A stretch of 64,000 bases of DNA. It comes from Escherichia coli (lineage in GTDB: Bacteria; Pseudomonadota; Gammaproteobacteria; Enterobacterales; Enterobacteriaceae). The position numbers and the translations under genes were made by a program. The stretch is taken from assembly GCF_003334305.1 (NCBI RefSeq), contig NZ_QOWS01000011.1; one strand, given 5' to 3'. How positions within the stretch are numbered: the first letter of the stretch is position 1; every line of letters starts with the position of its first letter. The notes under the pieces are model-generated. The model was given only the letters and a program-made list of their open reading frames with translations, did no database searches and was not told the origin of the DNA. This document shows positions 9,897-20,502 of this stretch, piece by piece.

Positions 9897-11718
9897 GAGC
9901 CAACTCCCTGTGCCAGGAAATCAGTAGCCCGGTAGCTACCGCATTGCGCGGGCCTTCACTACCACGGATATTCCCCCGTCCGGCGACCAATCGATAATGC
10001 GCCAATGCATCGGTGACTAACTGCGGGACTTCGAAATCCAGGGAAGAACCGCCCACCAGAACGACGAACGGAATATCGCGAATATTTCCGCCTGGACTTA
10101 CCTGACGTAGCGCGCGCAGGGCATTGGTTACGAAGACGCGCTCTTTCGCACTGCGGCGAACAGCACGTACTTTTTCCTGTGTTAAATCGCCGGGAATAGG
10201 CACCAGTTCGTCAGGTTTCACCACACAAACGCGGGCAAATACATGAGGGGACAGCGGAGTAGGGAAGAACTGAACGCTTCCGTCTTCATGGCGTAAATGG
10301 AACAGGCTTTCTACTTTTGCCAACGGGTATTTTTTGATTTCTTCTGCCAGATAACGATCATTTAAGCCCAGCTCACGAGCGATAATCATCGTTACCATGT
10401 CGCCCGCTCCCGCAAGGTGAGTGGCAACGATTTCCCCACTCTGATTGATGATGGAGGCATCGGTAGAGCCTGCACCTAAGTCCAGAATTGCCAGTGGACG
10501 TGTGGTTCCAGGGGTAGTCAAGGCCCCCTGAATGGCGGCTTCTGCTTCTGCGCCTCCGACCTGAACATCAACATGCAGTTTTTGCTTAATTTCACTGGCG
10601 ATCATCGCCATTTGCAGACGGTCGGATTTCACCATAGAGGCAATACCCACAGCCTGTTCCAGTGAAAATTCACCTGCCAGACCACCGGTTACGCTGACGG
10701 GGACAGAGGTATCTATCGCCAGCAAATCCTGAATAAAAATTTCGTTGCTGGGTTTGTTGGTCAGTTCCGCCATGGTCTGGCGAACATGTTCCAGCATTCC
10801 GCCGATGTTGGTGCCTGGTTCTCCCGTCACGTTTTCCAGTTTTGGGCACTCACCGACCGCTTTCATAATGGCATCGGCACCAGCAGCTACATCAACGCGC
10901 GTTGTGCGCCCGGCAGAAAGCAGTTCGATATTTCCGGCGGGTATCGAACGGGCTTTAACGTCGCCAGAGGGCGTTTTCACTACCACTGCTGAACGGTTGC
11001 CGATTAGCGCCCGCGCGACAGGAACAATATTTTTAGTCTCTTCAGCATTGAGGGCGAATACGGTGGCAATCCCATACGGGTTAGACAGGGTTTCGATAAC
11101 TTTCCCGGGAACGGCAACTTCAATTGCTGCCAGCATGCCGAGCGGAATACGATCGATGTAGAGGACTTCATCCACAATAGGTAAAGGAATTTCCAGGCGG
11201 TTATTGACCAGTACGCCATCGTCGCGTTGCAGAATAACGCCAGTCAGCTGATATCCGGCGCGTACGGAGGCGTTTATCATCGTCGCGATATCGGCAAAAT
11301 CAAATGCCGATGACACCACCAGGATGTAAGGTGTGTCCGCCGGGCGTGTTAATAACTCTTGCGGAGTGATGGTGAGCCCTACGCCCAGCCCCACTCCGCC
11401 CGGAGTTTTCGGGTTGTGACCGATCATGGTTGATTCGGTGATGATAGTTTCAGTGATGGTTTCCATCGCCACATCACCAATGACCGGAGTTGCTTCGTTG
11501 ATACGAATAAGCGAAATATCGCTAACATTGATGCCGACTTTTTTCGTTGCCTGTGCGAGCGCCTCCTGAATACCATGGACGTTACGCAACGTACCTTTAA
11601 TTCCGGTGGTTTCCGCCAGGGCGCTACTCACGAACGACAACTCTCCAGTTGCACTGAGCGTTGCCAGCGCAACCTCTGTTGATGAGTTGCCGATATCAAT
11701 GCCTGCTATATATCGCAT
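9886..11718 (-). CDS. pduG: PduG, diol dehydratase reactivase large subunit
   Basis: 610 aa; starts MRYIAGIDIGNSSTEVALA (actin/HSP70-like ATPase fold); size matches PduG. Confidence 0.9.
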   Translation of the reverse strand: MRYIAGIDIGNSSTEVALATLSATGELSFVSSALAETTGIKGTLRNVHGIQEALAQATKKVGINVSDISLIRINEATPVIGDVAMETITETIITESTMIGHNPKTPGGVGLGVGLTITPQELLTRPADTPYILVVSSAFDFADIATMINASVRAGYQLTGVILQRDDGVLVNNRLEIPLPIVDEVLYIDRIPLGMLAAIEVAVPGKVIETLSNPYGIATVFALNAEETKNIVPVARALIGNRSAVVVKTPSGDVKARSIPAGNIELLSAGRTTRVDVAAGADAIMKAVGECPKLENVTGEPGTNIGGMLEHVRQTMAELTNKPSNEIFIQDLLAIDTSVPVSVTGGLAGEFSLEQAVGIASMVKSDRLQMAMIASEIKQKLHVDVQVGGAEAEAAIQGALTTPGTTRPLAILDLGAGSTDASIINQSGEIVATHLAGAGDMVTMIIARELGLNDRYLAEEIKKYPLAKVESLFHLRHEDGSVQFFPTPLSPHVFARVCVVKPDELVPIPGDLTQEKVRAVRRSAKERVFVTNALRALRQVSPGGNIRDIPFVVLVGGSSLDFEVPQLVTDALAHYRLVAGRGNIRGSEGPRNAVATGLLISWHRELAHGK

Positions 11719-11727
11719 AGTTCGTCC

Positions 11728-12246
11728 TTAATCGTCGCCTTTCAGTTTTTTGCGCTCGACATAAAGTTCCGCAGCTTCACGGACAAATGCAGCACAAATT
11801 TTGGCCTGATAACGCTGTTCAAGATCGTCAGCAATGGCAATAAGTTCTTGCTTAGTTGAACGATAAGGGCGTAACGCATTGTAGATTTCGAGGATGCGAT
11901 CATCTGGTACTGAGGTAAGCTCAGCGGCGCGTTCAAAATTCATCGCCAGACGATCGCGACCAGCATCTCTGGCAATCGCAGCCTGAATACGCAATGTTTC
12001 AGGGGTAATGCGCATATCCAGGGCGGTGACGTTATCGCTTAGCACATTTTCCAGAGTGAAATCGTCGAGCGTTTTATTGGTCGCTGTTTTAACCCATTCC
12101 GGATGTTTATTTGCCAGCGGGTAATCCGTCACTTTGGCGCTCAGTATTGATGCGTTGGGGACCGCAGAAACAGGAGCTGCATCCTGTAAACTGTTCATGC
12201 GGTTCAACACGTCCCTGACCATCGACTCAATTGCATCGGTATTCAT
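11728..12246 (-). CDS. pduE: PduE, B12-dependent diol dehydratase small subunit
   Basis: 172 aa; position after pduD. Confidence 0.85.
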   Translation of the reverse strand: MNTDAIESMVRDVLNRMNSLQDAAPVSAVPNASILSAKVTDYPLANKHPEWVKTATNKTLDDFTLENVLSDNVTALDMRITPETLRIQAAIARDAGRDRLAMNFERAAELTSVPDDRILEIYNALRPYRSTKQELIAIADDLEQRYQAKICAAFVREAAELYVERKKLKGDD

Positions 12247-12260
12247 GAAGGTTTCCTTTG

Positions 12261-12929
12261 TTAAAACGTCACGCGCAGTTCTTGCGGTTTTTTGCCAGTG
12301 ACCACGTACTTCGTCTCTTTAATATGCAAAATGGCAGATTTGGCCTGGTATTTCGGCCGCGCCATTTGATCGTTGAGGGTCGGCACCGGTTGTGGAGACT
12401 CGCGCTTCGCATAACGCGCGGCGTTTTTGCCAATCTGACGATAAGTATCCAGCGTCAACAAAGGCGCTTGTGGGAAAAGTTCCAGGTTAGACAAGGGAGG
12501 AAGTCCCTGCTGGTGGATAACCGTTGTGCCTTTCGACTGAATACCGATAGCAATACCTGAACCACTAAGACGATCGCCTTCGACTGCTACGAATGCGACA
12601 TCGGACGATTTAAAGCAGCGAATCACACGGGCTTTAATGCCTTCTTCTTCGATACCGGCAATCACTTCGCGCAAGATGTTTTTATGCGGAATACCGATGA
12701 TATTGACGGTTTGCGCCAGGCCGAACGCCGGGCCTACAGCAATAATGACTTCATCTTGCTGAGTGCCTTGTTGGGCTTCGCCAATTTCGGTCAGAAAATT
12801 TCCGGTATCTGGCGCGGAAGAGACAGTTGCAGAGACAGGTGCGCGAAATGAAACGGACTTGTCGCTGGGTTGCATTTCTGCCAGCACGTCTTCGATAATC
12901 TGACGCAGTAATTTTTCGTTAATTTCCAT
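12261..12929 (-). CDS. pduD: PduD, B12-dependent diol dehydratase medium subunit
   Basis: 222 aa; starts [19 protein letters not shown]. Confidence 0.85.
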   Translation of the reverse strand: MEINEKLLRQIIEDVLAEMQPSDKSVSFRAPVSATVSSAPDTGNFLTEIGEAQQGTQQDEVIIAVGPAFGLAQTVNIIGIPHKNILREVIAGIEEEGIKARVIRCFKSSDVAFVAVEGDRLSGSGIAIGIQSKGTTVIHQQGLPPLSNLELFPQAPLLTLDTYRQIGKNAARYAKRESPQPVPTLNDQMARPKYQAKSAILHIKETKYVVTGKKPQELRVTF

Positions 12930-12938
12930 TTCTCACCC

Positions 12939-14603
12939 TTAGTCAATTTCGTTGGGATCAAGTGCACCGGGAATATTTTTGATCTCTTCCCAGCGTTCCC
13001 CTTGCAGGCGGTAACCTGTAGCCGGTCCGGCGTAATCATTGACGTCATTGACCGCAGAGAGCACTTGTCCGTCATCGACGATGATGGCTGAGGTATGGAG
13101 ATAATCGCCGGTCAGTTTTGCTTTTTGCATGTTGAGCATGTCCTGGGCGACATCGGTAAAACCGCCTTGCGCCAGGGCTTTCACCACTTCCAGGCTGTTC
13201 CGGTTTTTATTGATAATCTCCTGGGCGAACTTGATGTCTTCCACAATATTGCGCTCAGGCATATCTTTTGAACCGTGGGCATAGGTTGCCGCTTCGACTT
13301 CTTCATCGGTAATAGGCGGTAGTCCCATACCGGCAAAGACAGCCTGTAAAGCGCGAGCGGCTTTATTGCGGATAGCGATAACATCTTCTTCGCGTACTGG
13401 TCGCAGCCCACCATCAACCTTCAGGTCACGCTGAATGACGTTGTAATCATCGAAGTCTTCAGCATCTTCGTTTGAACCAGCAAACATGTTGTCGTAGTTC
13501 GGCACAGCGGAAAAACCGGAAGAGATAAAGTCGGTGCCTGGCAGAAATTGCATCAGGAAACGTGCGGTACGGCGCATATCCGAGTGGGTAAAGGTCTGGT
13601 CATTACTGGAGGCGCATTCCAGATCCAGCGATGAGCAAATTAAGTTTTCCGCTAATACTGCGCGGATGCCTGATGGCACAGCTGATGGAACACCGATGCA
13701 GCTTACCGAACCATTCTGCAGACCCTGAACGCCTGCGGCTTTGGTGATGTAAATGCAACGAGCCTCGAGGTAAAGCATTGATTTGCCTTCCGCGTAACCC
13801 ATCTGTACTTCAGAGCCGGAGCCGGAAGTAAAGCGCATTTTTAAGCCACGAGAAGCATAGGATGACGCGAGAAACCCTTTTGACCACGGGGTATCATCAC
13901 CATCGGTGAAAACAGGTTCTGTACCATAGACAGAAATTGTTTCGGCGTAACAGGTGTGGCCTAACATACCGAGTTTCAGTTCGGTGGCTTCTTCCAGTGA
14001 ACACTGGGTCAAGACGCCCGGACGTCCCACCTGTGAGCCGACCAGCAGGGCGATGGCGTTGAACGGTGCATAGCGAGCAACGGCAACGGTGGTTTCCTGT
14101 TCATCAAACCCGCGCCATGCGCCTTCAGCTGCGTCGGCGGCAATTTGTACTGGGTTATCTTTGACGTTGGTGACATGAGCCTGTTGTGATGGTGTTCGAC
14201 GGGCGCGCATTTTCTGCATCGCCATCATCATCTCTACCACGTTCATCTGCGAAACCACTTCGACGATTTTTGCAGGCGTCATTGCTGTGGTAAGGGGAAC
14301 GATATCGCTACGTTTGACATTTGGATCGCACAACATATTGGCAAGTTTTACCGAATCCATCGCGATGACTTCTTCGGCGCGCGCGAGATTGATGCCGTAG
14401 CGGGCGATAAAGTGGTCGATCAGGTCAAACTGGCTGGCGGGTTTTCCATCCAGTTCGGTAACGACGCCGTTAACAATTTTGATTGACGGTTTAGGATCGT
14501 TCGGGCTTTCCATCGCAATAAAGCCTTCTTCAATCCACTCTTTAACGAAACCGTCCTGGTTGACCGGGCGTTTTGCCAGTGCTTCAAATCTTTTCGATCT
14601 CAT
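12939..14603 (-). CDS. pduC: PduC, B12-dependent diol dehydratase large subunit
   Basis: 554 aa; starts MRSKRFEALAKRPVNQDGFVKEWIEEGFIAMESPNDPKPSIKIVNG, near-identical to recalled Salmonella PduC. Confidence 0.95.
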   Translation of the reverse strand: MRSKRFEALAKRPVNQDGFVKEWIEEGFIAMESPNDPKPSIKIVNGVVTELDGKPASQFDLIDHFIARYGINLARAEEVIAMDSVKLANMLCDPNVKRSDIVPLTTAMTPAKIVEVVSQMNVVEMMMAMQKMRARRTPSQQAHVTNVKDNPVQIAADAAEGAWRGFDEQETTVAVARYAPFNAIALLVGSQVGRPGVLTQCSLEEATELKLGMLGHTCYAETISVYGTEPVFTDGDDTPWSKGFLASSYASRGLKMRFTSGSGSEVQMGYAEGKSMLYLEARCIYITKAAGVQGLQNGSVSCIGVPSAVPSGIRAVLAENLICSSLDLECASSNDQTFTHSDMRRTARFLMQFLPGTDFISSGFSAVPNYDNMFAGSNEDAEDFDDYNVIQRDLKVDGGLRPVREEDVIAIRNKAARALQAVFAGMGLPPITDEEVEAATYAHGSKDMPERNIVEDIKFAQEIINKNRNSLEVVKALAQGGFTDVAQDMLNMQKAKLTGDYLHTSAIIVDDGQVLSAVNDVNDYAGPATGYRLQGERWEEIKNIPGALDPNEID

Positions 14604-14621
14604 AAATCTGCCTCAGAGAAT

Positions 14622-15434
14622 TCAGATGTAGGAAGGGCGATCGTTTTTCGGTGTATCGCCGAGAGTCGAAAGCACGGTTTTACCGATTTCGCGTGCGGAG
14701 ATGACCGCCTGGCGGACTGCGCCGGAGTCACCCGAGATAATCAGAATGACTTCATTGCTGTAGCTGGTGCCTTGAGCGGGGGAGCTGTATGCCACAACAT
14801 CCACATTGGCGGACTTCAGCGCGGTGTCGGCCATCAGAACACCCACAGCGGCTGGAGCGCCGACAATAACGCCGCAAGCCCGTCCCAATGGTGCACCAAA
14901 CGCTTTTTCCAGTGCATAGCTGGCGCGGGCGGTATATTGCAGCTCAAGATGTCCGGCTTCGTTGGCATAGACATCGCCAAAGGTCCGATCGAGTTCTTTC
15001 AGGGCGACTTCAATACCGCGTTTCACGTCAGAAACATCGTTGCCACCTAAGAGGATCAATGAGCCATGTCCGGCACCGCCTTTAGTATCCCGAGGAAGTT
15101 CAATGCTAATAACTTCAGTGTTGGTGGCTTTTACCGCTTCATCAGCGGCCATAATGTGTGGCCCTGCGCCAATACGCGCACCCAGAATGCCAATGGAACG
15201 ATAGCGTTTTTCAAGTTTCATCGCGTCCAACAGGGCGCTATCAACGTTCGCAATGACCAGACCTACAGTGTCGCCAATAGCGGTGCCAACAAATTCCGTT
15301 AACGTGCAGCTTTTTTCTGCCATAGCCGTCTCTCGTGTTTGATGAGTGGTTTCCGGGAGAACCTCATGCTCTGGCGTCGCTACGCGAGCGATGACCTGCG
15401 CCATGATCTGTTCGACCAGTTCATTGCTGCTCAT
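14622..15434 (-). CDS. pduB: PduB, microcompartment shell protein (tandem permuted BMC domains); internal start for PduB' at 15323
   Basis: 270 aa; in-frame Met at codon 38 ([13 protein letters not shown]) corresponds to the PduB' start described in Salmonella. Confidence 0.9.
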   Translation of the reverse strand: MSSNELVEQIMAQVIARVATPEHEVLPETTHQTRETAMAEKSCTLTEFVGTAIGDTVGLVIANVDSALLDAMKLEKRYRSIGILGARIGAGPHIMAADEAVKATNTEVISIELPRDTKGGAGHGSLILLGGNDVSDVKRGIEVALKELDRTFGDVYANEAGHLELQYTARASYALEKAFGAPLGRACGVIVGAPAAVGVLMADTALKSANVDVVAYSSPAQGTSYSNEVILIISGDSGAVRQAVISAREIGKTVLSTLGDTPKNDRPSYI

Positions 15435-15715
15435 GGGTTAATTCCCTTTGGTAAGATTTTTTCGACATCGGTATGTGGGCGGGGAATAACGTGTACGGCT
15501 TTTACTTCACCGACGTTACGCGCAGCTGCGGCACCTGCGTCTGTTGCCGCTTTTACCGCCCCGACATCACCACGAACGATGACGGTCACCAGCCCGGAAC
15601 CTATTTTTTCGTAGCCGACCAGCAAAACATTTGCCGACTTCACCATGGCGTCTGCGGCCTCTATGGCGGCAGTTAAGCCTTTGGTTTCTACCATTCCTAA
15701 CGCTTCTTGTTGCAT
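15431..15715 (-). CDS. pduA: PduA, microcompartment shell protein
   Basis: 94 aa; [30 protein letters not shown], canonical BMC domain; first gene of operon. Confidence 0.95.
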   Translation of the reverse strand: MQQEALGMVETKGLTAAIEAADAMVKSANVLLVGYEKIGSGLVTVIVRGDVGAVKAATDAGAAAARNVGEVKAVHVIPRPHTDVEKILPKGINP

Positions 15716-16226
15716 AAAGACCTCGCCTGGATTTTTTTGACGATATGACTATAAAAAAAAGCGAGGAAAAAGAATGGCTGACTTAATCGGCTAATGAGAA
15801 AAATTAATAGAGAACAAATATTATAAAATTGCTTTTATGAACTATATGTTGTTAATTTATTAGTTGTTTTGTGGATATTTCAATGTGAATTAATTGCGTT
15901 GGCTAGTGAGTTTAATCGCGAGTAATATTTCGTTGAGTTTAGTTCGAGGAAGGAACTGTGATATTTGTTTCAATTTTATTATATCATGATGGCAATTTTT
16001 TATTGTGAAAGTTTGACAGTAATTATTACTTTCAACACTGATTAACGCTGTGTTGCATGATTCGGCAATGACAATAATTTGTTATGTTAGCACGATTTTT
16101 ACACGAGTCTGTCATGCATGTTGGCAATATTTTCTGCAGAGCAATTTTTTATAGTTGCGCTCGGTATACACAACAATCAGCGCATAGTTGGCTGATAAAG
16201 AAAAACTCCGTAAAGAAGGTGTCACT
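15716..16226. promoter_or_regulatory. divergent pduA / pduF control region (expected PocR-dependent promoters)
   Basis: ~510 bp AT-rich non-coding spacer between divergently transcribed pduA and pduF; individual promoter elements not resolved by eye. Confidence 0.5.
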
Positions 16227-17036
16227 ATGAATGATTCACTCAAGGCGCAATGCGTTGCCGAGTTTTTAGGCACCGGACTGTTCCTCTTTTTTGGCATCGG
16301 TTGTTTGTGCGCCCTGAAACTTGCCGGGGCAAGTCTGGGACTGTGGGAAATTTGTATCATTTGGGGGTTAGGGATTTCGCTTGCTGTTTACCTTACGGCA
16401 GGTATTTCCGGCGCTCATCTCAACCCGGCTGTTACCATTGCTCTGTGGCTGTTTGCCTCTTTCCCAGCCCGTAAAGTGCTGCCATTTTGTGTGGCGCAAT
16501 TAGCGGGTGCCTTTGGTGGTGCGGTTCTGGCATATTCTCTATACAGCAGTTTGTTTACCGATTTTGAATCTGCTCACAATATGGTGCGTGGTAGTGCAGA
16601 AAGTTTACAACTCGTCAGTATCTTCAGTACTTATCCGGCAGCGGCGATTAATGTATGGCAAGCTGCGTTGGTCGAAGTGGTCATAACGTCCATGTTAATG
16701 GGGTTGATTATGGCGTTGACCGATGACGGTAATGGCGTACCCAAAGGACCGCTTGCACCTTTACTTATTGGTATTCTGGTTGCTGTTATTGGTGCTTCTA
16801 CCGGACCATTAACCGGTTTTGCCATGAATCCAGCGCGTGATTTTGGACCTAAGATTTTCACCTGGCTTGCGGGGTGGGGAGAAATTGCGATGACTGGTGG
16901 ACGCAATATTCCTTATTTCATTGTACCCATTATTGCACCGATCATTGGGGCATGTGTTGGTGCGGCGATTTATCGCTATCTCATTGCAAAGAATTTACCT
17001 GTCAATAGTGTTACACCTAAAGGAATTAGCGAATAA
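16227..17036 (+). CDS. pduF: PduF, propanediol diffusion facilitator (MIP/aquaglyceroporin family)
   Basis: ATG at 16227 with GAAGGTG upstream gives 269 aa starting MNDSLKAQC; NPA motifs (HLNPAVT, MNPARD). Confidence 0.9.
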   Translation: MNDSLKAQCVAEFLGTGLFLFFGIGCLCALKLAGASLGLWEICIIWGLGISLAVYLTAGISGAHLNPAVTIALWLFASFPARKVLPFCVAQLAGAFGGAVLAYSLYSSLFTDFESAHNMVRGSAESLQLVSIFSTYPAAAINVWQAALVEVVITSMLMGLIMALTDDGNGVPKGPLAPLLIGILVAVIGASTGPLTGFAMNPARDFGPKIFTWLAGWGEIAMTGGRNIPYFIVPIIAPIIGACVGAAIYRYLIAKNLPVNSVTPKGISE

Positions 17037-17238
17037 CGAAATACTCTGGCAGTTATAAACATTTATTTTTTTACTGTTTGTGATCTGCTTTCCGAACTTA
17101 TTAAAAAGTCTCCCGCTTCACGGAGGCTTTTGTTATTGTCCTTTGTGCTTCTCGTCAGTAAATCATCAGGGATGATGTGAAGATTAAATGTAAAACAATT
17201 GTTTTGCTATAACAATAAATTAACTGGGAGGTTTTATC

Positions 17239-18153
17239 ATGATTTCTGCGGCGACACTTAATTCAGAACTCATTAATAAAATCGCGCAGGATTTTGCGCA
17301 GGCGACCAGCCTTGCGGTTGTCGTGGTCAATATTCACGGCGATGAAATTTCCGAGCTGTTTAACTTCACTCCATTTTGTCAGATGATGCGGCAACACCCT
17401 CAGCTAAGCACTCGATGTCGCATGAGCGATCGTTGTGGGGGCCTGGAAGCCTCTAAATCCGATCAGCCTTGTATTTATCGCTGTCATGCCGGATTAACCG
17501 ATTTCTCTATTCCACTGGTAATCGCCGGACATTTAGTCGGTTTTGTATTGTGCGGGCAAGTTCGTCTGCGTAATGATGATGTCGATTTGGTCGATATTCT
17601 GAATGTCGATGATTGCTGGCAGGCAGATCCCGAATTACTTAATGAATTCCGCAAAGTTCCTGAGATGGATTACTCAAGAGTTATGGCCTCTGCTGATTTG
17701 TTGAAGTTGATTGTGGAAAATTGCCTCAAAAAACAACTCAATTTTGTGGTTATTAAAGAGAACAAATCTCGGTCAGATTCGGTGCGCCAGACTCGTGCGC
17801 CTAATCCCCACGACAATAAAATGAAAAAAGCTTTACGCTATATTGATGCGCATTTATCAGACGATTTGCGTCTGGAAGATGTCGCCTCGCACGTTTATCT
17901 AAGTCCTTATTATTTCAGTAAGTTATTCAAGAAATACCATGGAATCGGTTTTAATGCGTGGGTAAACCAACAACGGATGGCCAGCGCTCGTGAGTTACTG
18001 TGCCATAGTGACTGGAGCATCGCCAGCATTGCGCGTAATTTAGGTTTTTCGCAAACCAGTTATTTTTGCAAAGTTTTCCGTCAGACTTATCAGGTTACGC
18101 CGCAGGTGTATCGACAGCAAGTGAGTGAAAATGCGGCGATGGAAACGGTATAG
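17239..18153 (+). CDS. pocR: PocR, AraC-family activator of pdu/cob genes
   Basis: 304 aa; MISAATLNSELINKIAQDFAQA..., C-terminal AraC-type HTH; close to recalled Salmonella PocR. Confidence 0.9.
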   Translation: MISAATLNSELINKIAQDFAQATSLAVVVVNIHGDEISELFNFTPFCQMMRQHPQLSTRCRMSDRCGGLEASKSDQPCIYRCHAGLTDFSIPLVIAGHLVGFVLCGQVRLRNDDVDLVDILNVDDCWQADPELLNEFRKVPEMDYSRVMASADLLKLIVENCLKKQLNFVVIKENKSRSDSVRQTRAPNPHDNKMKKALRYIDAHLSDDLRLEDVASHVYLSPYYFSKLFKKYHGIGFNAWVNQQRMASARELLCHSDWSIASIARNLGFSQTSYFCKVFRQTYQVTPQVYRQQVSENAAMETV

Positions 18154-18269
18154 AATAAATGCTAAAAAAAGGGAAGGTTTAAATAAACGCTGGAATGAAT
18201 AATTAACGTTATTTACGTGTTATGGGAAAAGTGAAATCAGCTCATAACATACGCTGACAGGTGTGGCAC

Positions 18270-18470
18270 ATTTGTGCCTGGGAAGAGGGTGAAAATCCCT
18301 CGCAGCCCCCGCTGCTGTAATGCTGACAAACCCGAAAATGCCACTGATCGCGAGATTGGGAAGGTCGGGTGAGGATGACGCTAAGCCAGAAGACCAGTCT
18401 GTCAGTCAATACCAACAACTTCGGTGGGAAGTGGGTTGCCCGGAAGCGTCCGGTAGAGTACTGGCGCGTC
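18270..18470 (+). ncRNA. cobalamin (AdoCbl) riboswitch-like leader, cob-operon type
   Basis: Conserved riboswitch core GGAAGAGGGTGAAAATCCCTCGCAGCCCCCGCTGCTGTAA at 18281-18320, GCCACTG at 18340-18346, B12-box-like AGCCAGAAGACCAG at 18383-18396; boundaries approximate. Confidence 0.6.
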
Positions 18471-18565
18471 TTTATACCCCTACCACCCTGAAAGGATCAG
18501 GGTATGGCGGCATCATTTAGTTCTTTCATCGCAGTGCCGACAGGCACCAGGGCTGCATTCAAGGT

Positions 18566-19072
18566 GTGGCAATATTGTTTCATGGCTTATCAACCAGACC
18601 GCCATTACAGGAAATTAAGTGGAGGGCGAGAGGCATGAAAACGATAAAACCCGAATCGATAGCTCTTTTTTGCCTCTTATCTGGAGATGTGGATCTGGCG
18701 AAACATCTGGCTGAAATATTGCCAATAACCTGTTTTGTTGGTGAGGACTGGCAGCAAGATTTCCAGCCTCTTGATGGTGGGCCTGTGCAATCGTTATCAG
18801 ATGCGTATAGCGATTATTCAGTGCTGCTATTGATAGCAGCTGAAAGCGAGATATCCGTACCAGAATGGCTCGCTCATTCTGAGGGAACGACGGTAATTTT
18901 GATTGCAGAACACAATGCCCGTTTGCTGACTGGTCCGGCTGGTGGGGCTGTAGCATTAATCCATTATCTGAATGAAATCTGTCATTCCAGAGAAACCGCT
19001 GTCAATGACGCATTTTGTCAGACGTTAACACGAGGAAGTCTGGCTATTCCACATAGCCATCTTCTTTCGTAA
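18566..19072 (+). CDS. hypothetical protein (168 aa), unassigned ORF at the position occupied by cbi genes in Salmonella
   Basis: ORF track only; no motif recognised; sits between riboswitch-like leader and cobU. Confidence 0.3.
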   Translation: MAILFHGLSTRPPLQEIKWRARGMKTIKPESIALFCLLSGDVDLAKHLAEILPITCFVGEDWQQDFQPLDGGPVQSLSDAYSDYSVLLLIAAESEISVPEWLAHSEGTTVILIAEHNARLLTGPAGGAVALIHYLNEICHSRETAVNDAFCQTLTRGSLAIPHSHLLS

Positions 19073-19205
19073 TGGATTGAGAATGCTGGATTTTTAATTA
19101 TATTACGCGCAGTATTAATCGCGTAAATGTTTTGCGGTCAGCAACGGTGGGGGATCCATTGTTCTGTTCAATGAATACCATCATACAATTGAATCAGGAG
19201 TCGGT

Positions 19206-19751
19206 ATGATGATTTTGGTGACGGGGGGCGCACGGAGCGGGAAGAGTCGCCATGCAGAGGCGCTTATTGGGGACTCTTCACAGGTTCTGTATATCGCCAC
19301 CTCACAAATCCTTGATGATGAGATGGCTGCACGGATAGAACATCATCGGCAAGGCCGCCCGGCGCACTGGCGCACGGTGGAGCGTTGGCAACATCTTGAT
19401 GAATTAATTCATGCAGACATTAACCCGCATGAGGCTGTATTGCTGGAATGCGTTACCACCATGGTGACTAATCTGTTGTTTGATTATGGCGGCGATAAAG
19501 ACCCTGATGAATGGGATTATCAGGCGATGGAACAGGCGATTAATGCTGAGATTCAGTCGTTGATTGCTGCCTGCCAACGTTGTCCCGCAAAGGTTGTATT
19601 AGTGACTAACGAAGTGGGAATGGGGATTGTGCCGGAGAGTCGTCTGGCACGACATTTTCGTGATATTGCCGGGCGGGTAAATCAGCAGCTGGCCGCTGCG
19701 GCAAATGAAGTATGGTTGGTGGTTTCGGGTATTGGAGTAAAAATCAAATGA
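19206..19751 (+). CDS. cobU: CobU, adenosylcobinamide kinase / adenosylcobinamide-phosphate guanylyltransferase
   Basis: 181 aa; P-loop [16 protein letters not shown] 8 nt upstream. Confidence 0.9.
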   Translation: MMILVTGGARSGKSRHAEALIGDSSQVLYIATSQILDDEMAARIEHHRQGRPAHWRTVERWQHLDELIHADINPHEAVLLECVTTMVTNLLFDYGGDKDPDEWDYQAMEQAINAEIQSLIAACQRCPAKVVLVTNEVGMGIVPESRLARHFRDIAGRVNQQLAAAANEVWLVVSGIGVKIK

Positions 19752-20491
19752 GTAAATTATTTTGGGCGATGCTCTCTTTTATTACGCGTCTGCCTGTACC
19801 GCGTCGCTGGTCCCAGGGACTGGATTTCGAGCATTATTCTCGCGGTATTATTACTTTTCCTTTAATTGGATTATTGCTTGGCGCGATTAGCGGGCTGGTC
19901 TTCATGGTGCTGCAGGCATGGTGTGGCGTACCACTGGCGGCACTGTTTAGCGTACTTGTGCTGGCGCTGATGACCGGGGGATTCCACCTGGACGGCCTCG
20001 CCGATACCTGTGATGGCGTATTTTCTGCACGTAGCCGCGATCGCATGTTGGAAATCATGCGTGATAGCCGTTTAGGCACCCACGGCGGTCTGGCATTGAT
20101 TTTTGTTGTACTGGCAAAGATTCTGGTATTAAGCGAGTTGGCTCTGCGTGGCGAACCGATCCTTGCATCGCTGGCGGCAGCATGTGCGGTCAGCCGCGGG
20201 ACTGCCGCATTATTGATGTATCGTCATCGTTATGCCCGGGAAGAAGGACTTGGCAATGTGTTCATTGGCAAAATTGATGGGCGACAAACCTGCGTCACAC
20301 TCGGCTTAGCCGCTATTTTTGCTGCCGTATTATTGCCGGGTATGCATGGTGTGGCTGCTATGGTGGTGACGATGGTGGCGATTTTCATCCTCGGTCAGCT
20401 TCTCAAACGTACGCTGGGCGGGCAAACCGGCGATACGCTGGGAGCTGCTATAGAGCTTGGTGAACTGGTCTTCCTGCTGGCACTGCTATAA
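19748..20491 (+). CDS. cobS: CobS, adenosylcobinamide-GDP ribazoletransferase (cobalamin synthase)
   Basis: 247 aa from ATG 19748 overlapping cobU stop (ATGA); polytopic membrane protein. Confidence 0.9.
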   Translation: MSKLFWAMLSFITRLPVPRRWSQGLDFEHYSRGIITFPLIGLLLGAISGLVFMVLQAWCGVPLAALFSVLVLALMTGGFHLDGLADTCDGVFSARSRDRMLEIMRDSRLGTHGGLALIFVVLAKILVLSELALRGEPILASLAAACAVSRGTAALLMYRHRYAREEGLGNVFIGKIDGRQTCVTLGLAAIFAAVLLPGMHGVAAMVVTMVAIFILGQLLKRTLGGQTGDTLGAAIELGELVFLLALL

Positions 20492-20502
20492 AGAGACGTG
20501 AC

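Noticed and set aside
10745-11161. 138-aa plus-strand ORF antisense to pduG
   Set aside because: Shadow ORF inside the 610-aa pduG gene
17037-17238. Possible terminator/promoter structure between pduF and pocR
   Set aside because: Only weak, imperfect inverted repeats; cannot support a specific element by eye
18320-18520. 66-aa ORF overlapping the riboswitch-like leader
   Set aside because: Coincides with the conserved structured RNA core; structured RNA is the more economical explanation
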